Assembly: GCA_964019425.1 (NCBI GenBank)
Contig: OZ025793.1
Location: 930,001-994,000, forward strand
Direction of reading: 5' to 3'
DNA: 64,000 bases
DNA from: Flectonema sp. DT1601
Lineage: Eukaryota
Below, piece by piece: positions 24,601-37,429 of the stretch (position 1 is its first letter; each line of letters starts with the position of its first letter). Below the pieces are notes generated by a model. It ran no database searches. It was not told the origin of the DNA and was given only the letters and a program-made list of their open reading frames with translations. A program made the position numbers and the translations under genes.

Positions 24601-25551
24601 ATGTCATCCACAACATACGGATTACCAAGTGGCAAACACCATCTGGTAATAGGCAGGGGTGGTTCTACAATTAAACAGTTGCAGGCAGACTTTGAAGTGA
24701 ATATTACACTGCCAAGACGAAGTGAATCGCTAATAATTGAAGGAGAGGAGGAAGCCTGCGAGAAGTGCAGACAGCACTTGGAAGAGCTATTAGGATTTGG
24801 GTTACAGTCTGGAGAGCTGACTGTTATTGAAATGAATGTACCAAAACACAAATACGGAGCGCTAATTGGTCCTAGGGGGTCTAACTTAAGAAGTATCGAA
24901 GCTGAGTCGAAGGCCGATGTCGAAGTTCCCAACAGAATGGCTCCTGAAAACGCAAAAGTTAGAATCCAAGGTACTGAAGACAATTGTACGAAAGCTATCG
25001 CCTTAGTAGAGGAGTTGATTCAGGTCTCTGTTTCAGTTGAAAAAATGGGAAAGGATCCAACCGTTTTAAAAGAAGAACACAGAGCTGATTTAACCCAACC
25101 TGTAAACAGAGCTTTGTTCTTTCCTGATCATGAAGAAGCTGATGGGTTGAGGACTTTTGAAGTTTTTTTGCAATATCTCAGAAGTGTTGAAACATCTCTC
25201 GACGTTTGTATATTTGCTCTGACCAACAATGACATCGCTGAAACTATCTTGAACCTTCACCGTAAAGGTGTTCCAGTTAGAATTATTTGTGATAATGACC
25301 AAGCAGAGTCCCAAGGAGCTGATATTGGTCGCCTCCGTCAGGCCGGCATTTGTGTTCGCGAAGATAAAACTCAATTTCATATGCATCATAAATTTGCTAT
25401 TCTCGATGGAACTGTCCTACTAAACGGTTCATTTAATTGGACTCTTCAGGCAGTCAACAGCAACAATGAGAATGTGACTATTACTTCTGATGCTGATCTT
25501 GTTCAACAGTTTCAAGGTTGTTATGAAAAGATGTGGGCTGACTTTGAGTAA
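24601..25551 (+). CDS. Tandem KH domains fused to a Zucchini/PLD6-like single-HKD nuclease domain
   Basis: VIGRGGSTIKQL and LIGPRGSNLRSI GxxG KH motifs; SLDVCIF, MHHKFAILDG, NGSFNWT, NNEN PLD motifs. Confidence 0.9.
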   Translation: MSSTTYGLPSGKHHLVIGRGGSTIKQLQADFEVNITLPRRSESLIIEGEEEACEKCRQHLEELLGFGLQSGELTVIEMNVPKHKYGALIGPRGSNLRSIEAESKADVEVPNRMAPENAKVRIQGTEDNCTKAIALVEELIQVSVSVEKMGKDPTVLKEEHRADLTQPVNRALFFPDHEEADGLRTFEVFLQYLRSVETSLDVCIFALTNNDIAETILNLHRKGVPVRIICDNDQAESQGADIGRLRQAGICVREDKTQFHMHHKFAILDGTVLLNGSFNWTLQAVNSNNENVTITSDADLVQQFQGCYEKMWADFE

Positions 25552-25895
25552 TATTTTTTTTTGAATGTTCAATTCCGACACTCGGTCAAATCTGAAATGA
25601 ATTTTATTTTTCTAATCTACTTTTCTTTAGCAGACAGCTTAGTGTTTCAACCGACTTTATGAAGTTACTCATAAGGTCAAATTTTTTTAAGTAGCGAAGC
25701 GAATCTCTCACGAAAACGTTTTCTTTTTTATTTTCTCCACCCCCTCGTCCTTTTCTTTTTTTGTTTAATCGTGCGAACACAACAAAAAAGAATCCTTTCT
25801 ATGATACAATTAAAGAGTGAGAGCTCACTCTATGTATGTGTATATTGTATAGTCGTGTGGTATCATAATTCTAATTCAGGTGCTAACGTATTAAA

Positions 25896-28800
25896 ATGAA
25901 ATCAAAAGGACCTTCGAGAAAGCGGTTGGCTGCTGCTGTTCCTGGCGAGCAGCAGCGAACTCCTGCGCAGCCGCCTCCACAAGCACCTGAAGCTGAGAGT
26001 GAGATTAGCCAGTCTATGGATGTCTCATCTTTGAAAGGATTCATACGTTGTCAATTCGGAAGAGATGCGGTCTTTAAGATATCTGATTCGTTCTTGAGTG
26101 AAATACGTAAATCAGAACAAGACGCTGTACAACTCTGGAGAAGCATGAAACAAGAAGGATCCTGCACCACAATTAGAGATCAATTACATTATATTGTAGC
26201 GAACGGTAATAAACTATCAGAACCTGATATCACTTCGATGGAAACATTTCCAGGACCTATGGCAGTTCCGATGACAAAACGACTTGAACATCAAATTCGT
26301 AATAACGATTATTGGCTAACAGAGAAATCTGACGGCCTTCGTGTGCTGACCATAACAGAAAAGACAGCAGCCGCTGTGTGGAAAACCCAGAACGGTGTTC
26401 TGCGGGTATCTGATTGTATTCTACTGGAAATGACTTATCAATCTTTACTCAAGCGAGGCCTTACTCAGTCGAACGGTAATATGCCTTTATCACAAGCAGT
26501 TTCGATGGGTAGATCCCTAGCACTGAATATAAAATCTGGAGTCGAGGGGGGATTGAACTTAGTAAACACTGCTAATACCTCAGAAGTAATCAGATTGCAT
26601 CGCAGTATAGGACTTTCAATTACTTTTTGTATTGACCGGACGGGGATAGCATACGCTTGGCAATATCCTATCGAATTTGAAGGTTACGACGAAGTCTTTT
26701 TTGACGGTGAGTTGATTTACAGCATGTCTCACAATAAACCTCTTTTCATTGCGTATGATCTTCCTGCATATAAAAAATCCGGTCAAGGAACTTACACGTT
26801 CATGTGTCTGGAAAATATGTCCAAAAGGATAAGCGATATTTCAGCAATCATCACGGCATTTGACACAAAAATTACAGCTAGTGAACGCAGTGCGATGCCA
26901 ATTGAAATTGCGCCAAAGAAATTTTGGCCTAAACAGAAGATTCAAGAGTTATTTAATTGTATAAATCCAACTGAAGAGAAGGGAATGGTTTACAGCTGTG
27001 AATCACTAACTAACAGTAATGACGGTGTTATATTTACACCAGAGAGTAGTACTCTTTTCCCATATTCTCAAGGAACATGCAACTCTTTGCTTAAGTGGAA
27101 GTTTCCAGAAATGTTAACAATAGATTGGGACATCCATCGGACAGGGGTACCTAATCCACACCAGTTATACTGTTTAAGCTATACCGTAAAAGATAAAAAC
27201 AGGTTAGGGGCTTGGTACGAAGAACATGTCCCATTTACTACGACTCCACTAAGGAAGAAAGCGGGTGTTGGTAGTGTTCCATTCGCCAACGCAATTGCGG
27301 AATGCTCTTTCATAAACCACAGAGGAACGTGGACGTGGTTGATTACAAGTATTCGTGCGGATAAGAAGATTGCTAACTCATACGTTACAGCAGCCAGTGT
27401 TTTGGAGTCGATTGCTGAAAATATTACTTCTGATGTGTTAATAAAGTCCATTACTAGTGTAGCGAGTCCTGAAAAACCTCTTCCAGTTGCAGCAAGTGTT
27501 GGTACTGTAATCAGCAAGCGACCATTCTGCTGCTTCTTAGTCAGAACTAACACTACGAGTGGTGAGTCTTTCAGAAAGATGGTGTTGCAAGCTCGATGTA
27601 AAACATCAGTACATACTCACCCGAGGAGTTTTTCCTACGTACCAGTACGTGAATGTGTGGGGTTTGGACAATCTGCATTGGTAGAAGATTCTTCCAGCAA
27701 TTTGACAGACTTGCTCTACCTTGAGTTAGCTAATCGTGGTGGCTGTAAACACTGGACTGATACCACTGTCTGTGCAAAGTACATTCCTGAGATTGGACGT
27801 TGGGAAATCCTAAAAGTTTGTGAAGGGAGAGAACTCAACGATAAGAACTTGGCTAGATTAACTGGTGTAATTCAGCACTTACAAGAAACATGTATCGCTG
27901 GTACATCAAACTATACTTTCCCACAGACTGGAGTAATGGAAGTGAAGTCATACAGTAAAACTGATTCTCATTATGAAGATAAGGCACGTGATGAAGGTCT
28001 TGATCAAGATAGGTCAAAACTTCGATCCTTCAACAATTGGATTAAGACTTGTCTGATTGCGAAAGGATGTCGTACTGCCAACCCAGAGTGGAAACCTGAA
28101 ATACTTAATGCCTGCGATCCTTTACTAGATAGATGCCTGCTTGTGTTGGATCTGTGCAGCGGTCGAGGCGGAGATCTTTTGAAGTGGGGAAGAAGAAAAC
28201 CTTTATACTACATCGCTACTGACAGTTGCCTGCCTGCAGTTGCTACAGCAGCCAAGCGTTATTCTGATGGAGATACTTCTACTAATAATAAAACCAATAC
28301 AGGTATGTATTCTTGTTTTATTGTTCTTACTAATGAAGGTAAGAAAACGAAAACTTTCTGTTATTTTTCTGTGGTGTGACACAATGCTAAAAAAAAAAAA
28401 CTCAAAACAGGAATGCCTGCTTATTTCTTTGCAGAAGACGCATTCTCTGCCACATTACCTGAGAAGGTACAGGAAGCACTAAGTGCAGGAGGTCATGGTG
28501 GTAAGAAGTTAGATATTATTTCATGTCAATTCTCTTTTCACTACGCATTCTCAGATGAGGAAACCGCAAAGCGAGCGCTGGGGAATGTCTCGCAGCTACT
28601 ACGACCAGGTGGAGTCTTCATTGGAACTTTTATTAATTCTGAAGAGATCTTGAAGAGGAGACGCGAACACGGAAAACAGTTTGGAAATTCTGTTTATAAC
28701 GTGGAATTCGAGAATAAAGATTCAAACGGTAAAGTTTTTGGAGACTTCTTCACGTTTTCAATCGAACACTGCGTCAACAATGCTACTGAACCTGTAGTTG

Positions 28801-29036
28801 CCTGGAGTAAATTCGTTGCTATGGCTGACTCAGTTAACCTGTCTCTTCATAGCACTTTTGGATTTGAAGATTTCTATAAACAATTTTATAAGGAATTCAC
28901 TCCTGAGTGGGACATCTTAGTTAACAAGAATGTTGCAACTGAAACCCCGACGACAATGACTGATGTTTTGTCATTCGATGAAATAGAGGCAACTACCCTT
29001 TACAGAACTTTTACGTTCATTAAAAAATTATCCTAA
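25896..29036 (+). CDS. CGM1: Bifunctional mRNA guanylyltransferase / cap guanine-N7 methyltransferase (Cgm1-type); intron 28303-28410
   Basis: FPGPMAV, EKSDG, FDGEL, DGVIF, LLKWK, RADKKIAN guanylyltransferase motifs; LRSFNNWIK, VLDLCSGRGGDLLKW, SCQFSFHY methyltransferase motifs; intron restores frame. Confidence 0.9.
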
Positions 29037-29270
29037 AAAAACACATCATCTAACTGACTTATATTTGAGTTCATTGACTCACTTGGAAAAAAAAAAAATG
29101 CAGTGGTGGTTGCTAAGTTTATTTATTACCCATCTCTGATTTTAGACAGCTATTCATATGTGGTTAGTCGCATGAACCAAAACCGGTAGTTAGAGCTATA
29201 GTGCAAAAAAAAAAAAAAAAAACAGCTAAATAAAACTCTTTTTTAACAGGTCGATGATGAAAATAACGAT

Positions 29271-32200
29271 ATGAGTAAAAAAAAAAATAAGTCAACGGAC
29301 AAAGAGAATAGTTGGGAACGTTGTCCAGAATGCAGAGAGCGAGTGCCCCCTGAAGAGATGCCACAACATGCGAAGAATTGCTGTACTGATACCGATATAA
29401 AATGGGTTTGGGGTGAGGCGAAGGGCCGAGGAATAAATGAAAAGGTCGAAGAGAATGTTGCGGTGTTGGTCAGCCTTTTGGGAGGTGGAGAAGAATATTG
29501 TATCAAACACGAAACAACTAAAAATAATCTAATGGAAGTAATTGTAACGATTGTCGATCCTGACGCTGACATCACTATCAATATACTATTTAGATATTCT
29601 GAGCGATGGGGAGAAGATGACCTCCCACCTTCAAAGGTTTTCTATCTCGGATTGCAACGAACTAGCAGCAGAGTTTCTCGCCATCATTTTAATAAAATAT
29701 CTGACATATTGTGTGACACAGCCACGAATGAGGCGGGTGACGACCTCTCATGCTGGGTGTGGAATGTCTCTCTTCAGTTCAGAGATAGATTCATTTGTTT
29801 TATAAAAGAAGATAAATTAACTTTTCATGATGCTGCTATGATTCCAAAGTGCGCTTCAGGAGATTCTCAACAGTACCAGATAGGTGTTGGTCAAGATGAT
29901 TTTAGTGAGCAGCAACCCTCCATTGAAGAACCATTCTTTTCTAAAGATATGCAACAGAATCAAGAGGACAACACCAATGCAGATATTCAAGAAAGTATTC
30001 AAAACATCAGAACTAAGAGAGCAACTAATTCTGTTTTCTTCAGAGATGACGGAATGTGGGGAGGTAGCTCTCCTAACTTCAGGTCAGTGCCGGACGATGC
30101 AGATAATGATGAGAATGATGAAGAAGAAGACTTCTTCGGTGATTCGGACTCTCCAGCGGAAAGCTCTAAAAGTGAAACAACTTCGCAATCTGAAGCAGCT
30201 TCTGATACCACAGACAGTAGTAGTGATGGGGGAAAGCTTGGTGACAGATGTTGGGGAACAGTACCTGCAGCAACTACAGCAACGACGACGGCGACGACAA
30301 CAACAGAAGAATCCACATCAACTGACAGTGACAGCAGCGGAAGCAGCAACGATGGGAAACAGTGGGGTGATCAACCTAATTATAAATATGGTGAGTCAAA
30401 CTCCAGTGACAGCAGCAGTAGTGGAGGGAAGTTAGGTGATCGGTGGGACCGCCAAGCTACTCAAAAACAGCGACAAGTTACATCAGATGAATATGATAGC
30501 AGCTCCGCACCCCGACAACAAAAAAGAAAGAAGAAAACAGCGAAGACGTCATTCGGAAGCACTAACAGTCCGAGGACAGTGAAGTCTTCGGCAGTCATCA
30601 CTCCACAAGAGCAACGTGCTCAAATAGCTCTCCGATATTTAATTAACAACTGTCGAGTCGATGAGCCTGTTAGGGACGCAATAGTAGCCCAGCTCGAAGA
30701 CTTTGAGTTTCTTTCTTCCCACATTTCAGCTGACCCACAATTCACTAAAGGGCTCTCTGAGTTTATCTCCCAAGGTTCTTTTGCGATCCCTGCAACTCAC
30801 AGACATCCACAAGACCACAAGAAAGTCTCGTGGTTTAAAGGAAATTTTAGAATTATAAAACAACTCGGTGAGGGAGGTCAAGGAAGAGTGTATCAAGTGC
30901 AAAACAAAACCGACGGATTGTACTACGCCGTTAAGCGAGTTGAACTCCGCGGGAAGCGAGACGACATTGATCGGTATGCCCCCAAGCAGTTAATAGAGTT
31001 TTATTTTATCAAAGAAATCCAACTATAAAAAACAAAACAAAAACAGATATGTAAAAGCCGAGGTACGCACACTGGCAAGATTAAGACACCCTTATATTGT
31101 GAGGTATTTTGCAGCTTGGTTTGAAAAAGTCGTGCAGAAAGCAGAAAAGCCAATGAGAAGAAGTGATGACACCTGCGAGACATTCCCGTCATGTCAGACC
31201 TTCACATCATCATTTGGAGATGGTGAGGAAAGTGAATCAGTGACTGAAGACGAATGTATGAACTCATTAGAAGTAATAAAAACAACAACTGCTTTATACC
31301 AATCAAAGAGATACTGTTACTTACAGATGGAATACTGTTACCAAGACACTCTGAGGCAGTCAATAGATAAACGTATCTTTACTTCCGACCAGGAAGGTCT
31401 TGAGTGCGGATTTAAAATATTATGGCAGCTACTGCAGTGTGTTGACTTCCTTCATAGTCAGGGGGTCATTCACAGAGATCTTAAACCTGAGAATGTCTTT
31501 TTTGATATTGTAAAGAATAATAACGCAAAAACAAAGTACTTTGCAGGTGACATCAAAGTCGGAGACTTTGGGTTTGCCACCAAGGGAAGTGATATCGAGC
31601 AAGAAGATGAAGGAACTGCAAACCACAGCTCCGGCATCGGAACTCCACTTTACTGTGCTCCTGAACAGATGCTCACCTCTGACTACAACTGCAAAGTTGA
31701 CGAATACTCTTTAGGTATTATTGCTTATGAAATGTTCTCAGGCTTTGCTAGTGGACATGAACGCCACCACGGAATTAGTGGTCTCAGAAAAACAGGTGTG
31801 TTTTCTTGTTGTTTTGTTCCTACAAGGAAATTGTTCAACTTTTATTCTTGCATTGGAATACTCAAAATAAAAAAACAGGTAAAATTCCTGCTGATTGGTC
31901 CGGCCATAACATACCAGCAAAGCTTGGAGAAGTAATCGAAGCGTTGGCAACAATTAACTCATCTGACAGAGCAACAGCAAGTGACATAATAAAATTAGAC
32001 ATCCTACCAAAGCCGCGTCAACAAGAAGATACGATGATGGCAGTGCAACTCCTCGCTGACCAAAGAGAAAGTACAACATCTTTGGTTATTGAACGATGCA
32101 TGGCAAATCCAAATACTTTGAATGGACAGGACTGGCTGTACTCGGAAGCATCAGATAATTTAAAGAGAGCGACACACAAAGCCTCATTACACAACCAGTC

Positions 32201-34437
32201 ATTGGCAATGCAAGATCGCAGCATGGGTTGGGTTCGAGAAATTCTGACAGACATGTTTAAAAAAGGTTTGTTACTCTCCTAGTTTACCAAATGATATGTT
32301 TGTAAGAAAGTTATTAACTAAAATACCAAACAGTGGGAGCGTCACGTATTGAAGTGCCATCAACTATTCCAGCCAACAGTATGGTTAAGGATGAACATCA
32401 TATGAAAGTTATAAATGAAAATGGCACAATAATGGTCACTCCCTACAACCCTTCTATCGCATTCGCAAGGCATGTTGCTTGGCCAAAGCCGATGTTGTTT
32501 CCAGTTCCACTCAGGAGGTATTCTCTCGATACGGTGTGTGTTTTATTTACTGTCTTTTCATTACATTGAATTCTTCGAAAACAAAGTCTTGGACTTGCGG
32601 TATTGCTGAGCGTTATAACAAAAACAGGTACTCCGAGGAAGTATCTGCTCTGAAGTAGCGTCATTCGATATCCTAACCAGCAATGACTCGTCCCCGGCTT
32701 GTATGAGTGCAGATGTTGAGGTTCTGATAATACTCGCTGGACTACTAAGTCCACTACCACTTCCTAATGCAAAAGGATGGTGTATTCGAATTAATCACAG
32801 CAGTATACTGAAATCTATTGCTGATGTTTGTAATACAGACGTGGAGTCATTGTTCCACGGAAAATCATCCCTTCTGAAGCACAAGAAAGGCGATGACCTA
32901 TCTAACCTTGACCCTGCCCTAGTTGGGAAATTGTTGGAACTTGTAGGGCAACGCAAGACGCTCTTTGCAACGAGGAACAACAGTAATACTTATTCAAGTG
33001 TTTTTACACAAATTGCTGGGTTGCTTGGGATTAAATCCCTTCTGCAGCACAAAGAACTTCAAAAAAATGAAAAGGGGATTCTGGCTGGTGCATCTCCTGA
33101 TGTTAAAGTAAGCGCTGCCAGCGCTCTTCAAGAACTTCAAAGCATCGAACAGCTCTTATTAGATGTTGATTTCAAACAAAAGTATCCTCGTGTAGAGGTA
33201 GAGTTCGACGGGTCTTACTATAAAGACCACAGCTTATATTCTGGAGTACTGTACACTGTTGGGATTGTGACTCAGCACGAAGGAATCTCAACGAGCAGTA
33301 AGAGAAAACCTGGCAGGGGAGATTTCTCGGTTGTTGGAATCGGCGGTCGGTATGATAAATTTTTGCAAACTCTGCGAAATCATTACAGTGCCTTAGCACT
33401 GAGCGACAAGGATTCCTTTGAAACCAGACGTGATATCTTTCAGGTTCCTGGCACAACGTGTTGCACGGGATTCAATTTGTCCCTCACAGATATATTTGAA
33501 AAGTGCATGCGACACAATGATTACATATCACTGTCAGTGCAAATGAAAAATCATGCCAGTCATCATTTACTTGGGCAGTCAACATTCGTTCATGTTTGTA
33601 TCCCTCAAAATACTTACAATGCCGCGTTGTTATTGAGGGTTTGCATCGAGCTGAGAGAAAGTGGTGTTCCTTGCGACTACCAATTGGAACCAAATGTCTT
33701 AGTGTCTGATCTACAAGACCAGTGCAGGCAAAACTTTATCCCGTGGTTGCTCCTGTTACCTGCTGTGACCAAGAATATTCATGAGACAAGTGTTCTCAAA
33801 TTCAAACTGAAGAATCTTTCCACTGGAGGACTACGCAAGGACACTGACAAGCACCCGACAGAACACATAATCGACTCAAGGATTTCTGGAATAGGGAAGG
33901 CTGTTGTTCAGCGACTTGATGAAACCACTGTCACTGGACCGCAAACTGACAAAGGTCACGCTACTCCTGGAACTTCTCACCTATCAACTAATTCTGACTT
34001 AGAGATTTATGGACCTGATGGGAAAAAAAAGTATGCTGATGCTGCGATGGTAAGACAGCTCCATGTGTCTTCATTTTCCAAGTCTCTGGGTGCCCGTCAT
34101 TGTTATGTGTCTCTTATGTCAAATCAGGAAATACGAACCTGGGTGTCCCACATTTACAGTTCTGGTCTTCAGGTATGTGCATTTTTGTTTTTTGTTGATA
34201 GTCCACTATTTATTCACATTAAAACAGGAGTCTGATCCCAAATTCCGCCAGCTTGCTGACTGGACGAAAGCCCGGCAATCATCGCCTGTGCTGCTTGTTT
34301 TCTCAGAGCCTGAGCGGAAATTTGAAGTTGTGCTCACTGGTAACATTAGGAGAGGTGCACATGAACAACCGTCAAGAGGTATTAAACACAAACCTCGGAA
34401 GGGAGGCAAGAAGTCTTACAAGGATGATATGTTTTGA
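29271..34437 (+). CDS. GCN2: GCN2-like eIF2-alpha kinase with HisRS-like domain; introns 30974-31046, 31796-31878, 32266-32333, 32534-32627, 34173-34227
   Basis: GEGGQG, YAVK, EVRTLARLRHPYIVRYF, LQMEYC, HRDLKPEN, DFG and GTPLYCAPE kinase motifs; IRINH, YSGVLY and GGRYD HisRS-like motifs; all five introns keep frame. Confidence 0.85.
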
Positions 34438-34602
34438 GATTAGTTTATTTTATTTATGTTTGCTTTCTTTCGTTCTTGCCGCTTTCGACCCACTGAACTC
34501 CGCTGATGAAAAGAAATAATCGCCGCGTCGAGTTTGTGAACGGTTTACACAAAGTTCAGGTTGATTTAACATTCTAAATTACCCAGGTGACACGCAAAAA
34601 AC

Positions 34603-34684
34603 TGACGAGAGTGGGGTTTGAACCCACGCCCCCGAAGAGACTACGATCTGAACGTAGCGCCTTAGACCGCTCGGCCATCTCGCC
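34603..34684 (-). tRNA. tRNA-Leu(CAG)
   Basis: Reverse complement ggcgagatggccgagcggtctaaggcgctacgttCAGatcgtagtctcttcgggggcgtgggttcaaaccccactctcgtca; long variable arm; T-run downstream. Confidence 0.96.
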
Positions 34685-35008
34685 CTGCCTTTTTTTCTTT
34701 TTTGCCTTGGGGAAGAAAATTGAGAATTACTTGGGATCGCATTTTTAATTCATTTTCTTTTCCCTTCTTTTTTTTTAAATAGGCCTTTTTTTATTTTTTT
34801 CTCCTTTCTTCTGACGTTCCTATGCTTCTATGCGTATTTTTTTGGGGAGGCGTTGCACTTTTTCTTTCAATCCTTCTGCTGGGATCCTTCGAGAAACGAG
34901 CCGAATCCAGTATGGTCCACTGATGTTATTATCAGCAATCTTCTACCACCGGTAGTCCATCCCGGTCATGTCGTACCTCTTACTTTTTTGATTCCTTCTG
35001 CGTTGGAT

Positions 35009-35275
35009 TCAAAGCAGTCCTTCCATTTCCGGATTGCCATTGTAGTTTGACTTCAAGTCTATATTTTCGATGTTTACACTTATCGGAAGATGGTCACTAC
35101 TCCATCCGTCTAGCGTCCTGTACTTGCCGTCATTGTGGAGGCTGAGCTCAATGGTCTCGTTACTTGCTAATACTTTCCATAGACTGCAGGGTAAGATTTG
35201 AGTATTGACACCCATTTGAGACTTGAAATTGATAGATGGTTCACCAAAAATGCGCGAATCACTTCCCCTTTACTA
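35009..35275 (-). pseudogene. Degenerate APE-type endonuclease fragment of a non-LTR retrotransposon
   Basis: ETIELSLHN...TLDGWSSDHLPISVNI resembles the IDL...SDH end of APE; an upstream shifted frame reads KGEVIRAFLVNH. Confidence 0.5.
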
Positions 35276-35472
35276 AGTGTCTTTATTTCCATCTGGAAAA
35301 ATATCCTTTTATTAGGAAAGAATGTTTTGAAAGAACACAACTGATGGTATCGTTGTTGAAGAACGCGGTGCTACATCGGAACTCTTCACTGGACAGTTTG
35401 CGGGTTGTAAAAAGTCAGGGAACTCGTGTTTTATCATTCAAAATAATTTTTAAGTTTCCTAAACAATCTAAT

Positions 35473-37429
35473 ATGGGCCAGACATGCAGTGCACCACAGC
35501 AAACCAAGCACAAACGCATTCCAAAGCAGGTAAAGGTTATTACAACTGATTATAAAGTCTCTGTGCTTGATGAAGAAGAGGAGCTGTTGCATGAAATGTG
35601 GAATCATGTAGTGGGAAAGGATGCAGTCATGCCAACACCCTTTTTTGAGCAAGGCCTGAAGATGACATATTGCGACTATGTAGCAAGCGGTAGAGGCCTA
35701 CAGCCCATAGAAACTATGATCTCAGATAGTATTCTCCCGTTCTATGCGAACACCCACACGGAGGCATCAATTACCGGGAAAACAACAAACACGTTACGTG
35801 AAGAAGCCCGAATTGCAATTAAACGAACTTGTGGTGGAAAAGTTTCAACGAAATGCATATTTGTAGGTTCTGGTTCCACAGCTGCAGTGCAGCTTATAAT
35901 TGGCATGTTGCAATTACGTCAGTCGATAGTATGTTTTGTTTGTTTATTACCTTTTCTGAATCTCCTAAAACTACTAACTTACCTCAACAATAGGATAACG
36001 TTTTATCATCACCTTCTTGGTATTCCGCCTTTTCGGAAGTTGAACACTTCGATAGCAATGGTGAGCCTGCAAGAGTAGTCGTGCTGTATGGTCCCTTCGA
36101 GCACCATTCAAACATCCTACCATGGAGAGAACTAGAGGGTGTATATTCCTGTATGATTCCGGGCAATCAAGATCACTCAGACTTAGATTTTAAACAATTC
36201 GAGAAACTGTTGGAAAAACACCACTCCGCATCACTCGTAATCGTCTCTACTTCTGCGTGTAGTAACGTCACTGGACACATTTCTGATATCAGTCGTATTA
36301 ATAAAGTGATCTCAGCATCAAGTGCAGCTTCAAAGACATTACTCTTCTTGGATTATGCTTGTGGGGCTCCCTACTTACCTATTGATATGCATACCTGTGA
36401 TGCTGCTTTTATCTCTCCTCATAAATTTGTGGGTGGTCCTGGAACACCTGGTATCTTATTAGTTAATGTGGAAGGTGTAATTGCACAGAGGTATGTTATT
36501 GTTTCCCGTTCTATCAAGAGTGAATACATTTTTGCTACAAAAAAAAATCACACAGGTACCAAACTGCAAAGCCAAGTCGTGTTGGAGGAGGAACTGTTGA
36601 GTTTGTAACTAAAAAAGAACATGGCTATCTTAGTGACGTCGAACAAAGAGAAGAAGGTGGCACTCCAGATATCATTGGGTCTATCAGGGCGGGGATGTGT
36701 TTCCTGCTTAAAGATAAAATCGGAACAGATTTGATTCATAAAAAGGAGAGTCAGTATTTCAAACTTGCAAAACATATGTGGAAAGACACTGGAATAGTAA
36801 TTCTTGGATCACAATCAGCTGAGAGAGTCAGCGTTCTATCTTTTTTTATCGCGTCACCTGTTGAGGGTAAAGTTCTTCATTACAATTATGTAGTGTCACT
36901 GTTAAACGATTTGTTCGGAATTCAATGCAGAGGAGGATGTATGTGTGCCGGCCCTCTAGCAGCTTCACTATTATCTATTGATGATGAATTAATCTCTCGC
37001 TATATCTCAATGTCTGAGAGCGGAGATGAAGTTTTTCCAGCTGTAAAACCTGGTTTTGTTAGGCTCTCGCTTAATTATTTTATACCAGAGTGGGAAGCCC
37101 GATACATACTATCGGCAGTCGCTTTGGTAGCGAAACATGGATGTAACTTAATGTCGAGGTATACATTCGCTATAGACGGTAGTTGGACTCATAAAAAAGC
37201 ATCTGCTCCGTTACTTTCGATTGAGGATGTGTTTACACCTCAAGACTGTAAGAAACCTGCTTCAATTAACTCTTCGAAACAACTCTTAGATTCATATCTT
37301 CGTCGTGGAGAGAAAGTTTTAATTGATGCCGGCGTAACTAATAAAGAATTGACGTCTAAATGGTCTCCAGCTTTTTCTAATAAAATTAAGAAACCATTTA
37401 ATTGGTTTGTTACTCCTGTAGATCTGTGA
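35473..37429 (+). CDS. Class-V PLP aminotransferase / cysteine desulfurase-like; introns 35929-35993, 36491-36555
   Basis: YCDYVASGR, YANTHT, EHHSNILPW, SNVTG, SPHKFVGGPGTPG, GGGTV, EEGGTP, CRGGCMCAGP; starts MGQTCS. Confidence 0.88.

Noticed and set aside
35236..35472. 79-codon N-terminal extension of the class-V enzyme
   Set aside because: Overlaps the retroelement relic; a ttttaag acceptor just before ATG 35473 favours the downstream start.
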